IMG/VR virus record: IMGVR_UViG_3300008085_000025
Location: 1-46,838 of that record
Source: a virus
Taxonomy: Duplodnaviria > Heunggongvirae > Uroviricota > Caudoviricetes
DNA: 46,838 bases
Reading direction: 5' to 3' (one strand)
Shown: piece by piece, positions 45,378-46,838 of the stretch
Position numbering within the stretch: the stretch's first letter is position 1
How the letters are laid out: every line of letters starts with the position of its first letter
Notes under the pieces: generated by a model
Seen by the model: the letters and a program-made list of their open reading frames with translations, nothing else
What the model was told of the DNA's origin: nothing
Databases searched by the model: none
Program-made: the position numbers and the translations under genes

Positions 45378-46685
45378 ATGACTTACAATATAAATTTCAC
45401 AGACCCGTCGAAAGACCCGATACAAGTCCCGGAAACTGGTATAAACGAGAGTTTGAGTGTCAAGTTTCCGGGAAGAATACGACTTGAATGGGGTAAGGAT
45501 GTAAATGAAAATTTACTTAGAATGTTGGAAAATTTTGCGTGTCCTTCGTTGGATTCAAACGAGAGTGTTCCCGATCTGTCTATCCATGAAGGAATTTTAT
45601 CCAATCCTGTTGATGGACAACTTTGGTATAATACGACAAACGAAAGAATTTATAAGTATTCGGTGGAGTCTTCAAAATGGCTCCCCCTAGCTAATAGGAA
45701 TCAGATGTATGCTGCCAACTGGGGACAAATACAACACGGTGAACAGTTGCCTAGACCAGTAGCAACAAACGGTTATGTTTTTCCATATGAAGAGTGTATA
45801 TGGTCGGTGTCTCCACACAATTATTTGGACGGATTTACTAGCGTAAGATGTTTTTCTTTTCCCAACGATTCTACTGTTGTAATGCAGTATCAATCTCGGG
45901 ATCAACAGATTGTTGTCGACGGGGTAGCTAATTATTTAATTATAGGAATAACCGGGAACGACAACTTGGGTGAGTTTGTTCCACCTCCACCTCTGGGTCA
46001 ACAAACTCCTCCAGAGCCTACTCCGGGAGTATCTAGCCCGGCAGAGTTTATTTTATATGACTATTCTTCAAATCAGGCAACGTTACCATTAACAGCGACC
46101 GCCCAGATAAGGACTGAAGAGCTTTCGGTGCTGGGGGGTGGGGGCATAACATATCAGGTTTCGGATAGCAGTGTCCAGAATTTTGAAGCGTCTGTATCGG
46201 ATGCTACTTATGTTGCAACGGTTCGAGCTAGTATAGATAAAAATTCTTTTAGAATAATACACAAAGCCGGGAAAGGTGTTTCCGGTTCCGAGCTTGATCC
46301 GCCGATTGAACAAAGGACACATACATTTTTGACATGGACGGATCTCCCACTGGACAGTTACTCCACCCTGCATATCAGGGGCATATCGTTTGCTTCCGGG
46401 GCCGGGACAAGTATTTCTGACACTCACGCTATCTCTGTTGCAATAGGTAAAGATTTAGTGACTGTCGATCAAACTAGCGGCAGTGCTGGATTGATTCTCC
46501 CCGAGAAAGCTACGGTCGGAATATACGAAAACAAAAAGTTACAACCTTTCGTGTTTACGGATTACGTGTTTACAATACCCCCGGCGCTAGACAGGGTTAA
46601 CAACAATATTACGATAACATATAGCTACACACACCTACAAGATTTCGAAATGTTGCACGACGGGGATATATACCTGAGTAATTGA
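45378..46685 (+). CDS. Virion structural protein, paralog of 44009-45373
   Basis: Shares [39 protein letters not shown]; ATG 45378 follows the upstream stop. Confidence 0.75.
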   Translation: MTYNINFTDPSKDPIQVPETGINESLSVKFPGRIRLEWGKDVNENLLRMLENFACPSLDSNESVPDLSIHEGILSNPVDGQLWYNTTNERIYKYSVESSKWLPLANRNQMYAANWGQIQHGEQLPRPVATNGYVFPYEECIWSVSPHNYLDGFTSVRCFSFPNDSTVVMQYQSRDQQIVVDGVANYLIIGITGNDNLGEFVPPPPLGQQTPPEPTPGVSSPAEFILYDYSSNQATLPLTATAQIRTEELSVLGGGGITYQVSDSSVQNFEASVSDATYVATVRASIDKNSFRIIHKAGKGVSGSELDPPIEQRTHTFLTWTDLPLDSYSTLHIRGISFASGAGTSISDTHAISVAIGKDLVTVDQTSGSAGLILPEKATVGIYENKKLQPFVFTDYVFTIPPALDRVNNNITITYSYTHLQDFEMLHDGDIYLSN

Positions 46686-46692
46686 ATAAATA
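46685..46692 (+). promoter_or_regulatory. Late promoter variant AATAAATA
   Basis: Upstream of 46715. Confidence 0.6.
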
Positions 46693-46714
46693 AAACATAG
46701 AGGATTTTTAGCAC

Positions 46715-46838
46715 ATGTATATATTAGTCAACCGAGAAAATGTTATTGTGGCAAGCTCCACAAAAAAGCCTTGTGTGGCAGATTGTTCAGAAAAAGGATT
46801 AATGATCTACAAGGTTGCGAGTGAAGAATACAGCCCCA
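46715..46838 (+). CDS. Hypothetical late protein, truncated by the window edge
   Basis: AGAGGA SD; MYILVNRENVIVASSTKKP... open to the end; AATAAATA at 46685. Confidence 0.6.
   Translation, partial: MYILVNRENVIVASSTKKPCVADCSEKGLMIYKVASEEYSP

Noticed and set aside
1-46838. Alternative genetic code (stop-codon reassignment) to explain the broken genes
   Set aside because: Long core genes are intact under code 11 and end in TAA or TGA; the breaks are local and involve TAA, TGA or frameshifts.
1-46838. tRNA/rRNA genes, integrase or att sites
   Set aside because: No cloverleaf-like or rRNA-like segment and no recombinase motif seen; intergenic gaps are short and explained by promoters or terminators. 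Not confirmed by tRNAscan.

Overview
This window is a 46.8-kb AT-rich slice of the core genome of a large lytic myovirus of the T4 superfamily; the gene set and order suggest a jumbo-type phage, but the host and genus cannot be fixed from sequence alone. It holds recombination and replication genes (gp46/gp47 nuclease, gp41 helicase, gp32 SSB, UvsX/UvsY/UvsW, clamp-loader subunits, a truncated DnaE piece), a gp55-type late sigma factor with about 17 matching (N)ATAAATA late promoters, the head module (portal, core proteins, protease, scaffold, major capsid protein), enlarged neck proteins, small and large terminase, a GroES-like co-chaperonin, a GT2 glycosyltransferase and two paralogous virion proteins. 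The most unusual region is the terminase locus (27.4-33.0 kb). TerL carries a cis LAGLIDADG intein and a second, apparently naturally split intein (AceL-TerL type) whose short N-half is fused in frame to an HNH endonuclease. Directly upstream lie a catalytically degenerate TerL-ATPase paralog, broken by a G10 tract and by a ~230-nt insert ending in an IS200/IS605 (TnpB omega-RNA-like) right end, and a frameshifted Hef-like endonuclease remnant. The SSB gene has an in-frame TAA that cuts off its acidic tail. No tRNA, rRNA, CRISPR array or integrase was seen. All family calls come from motif recognition by eye, not database searches.
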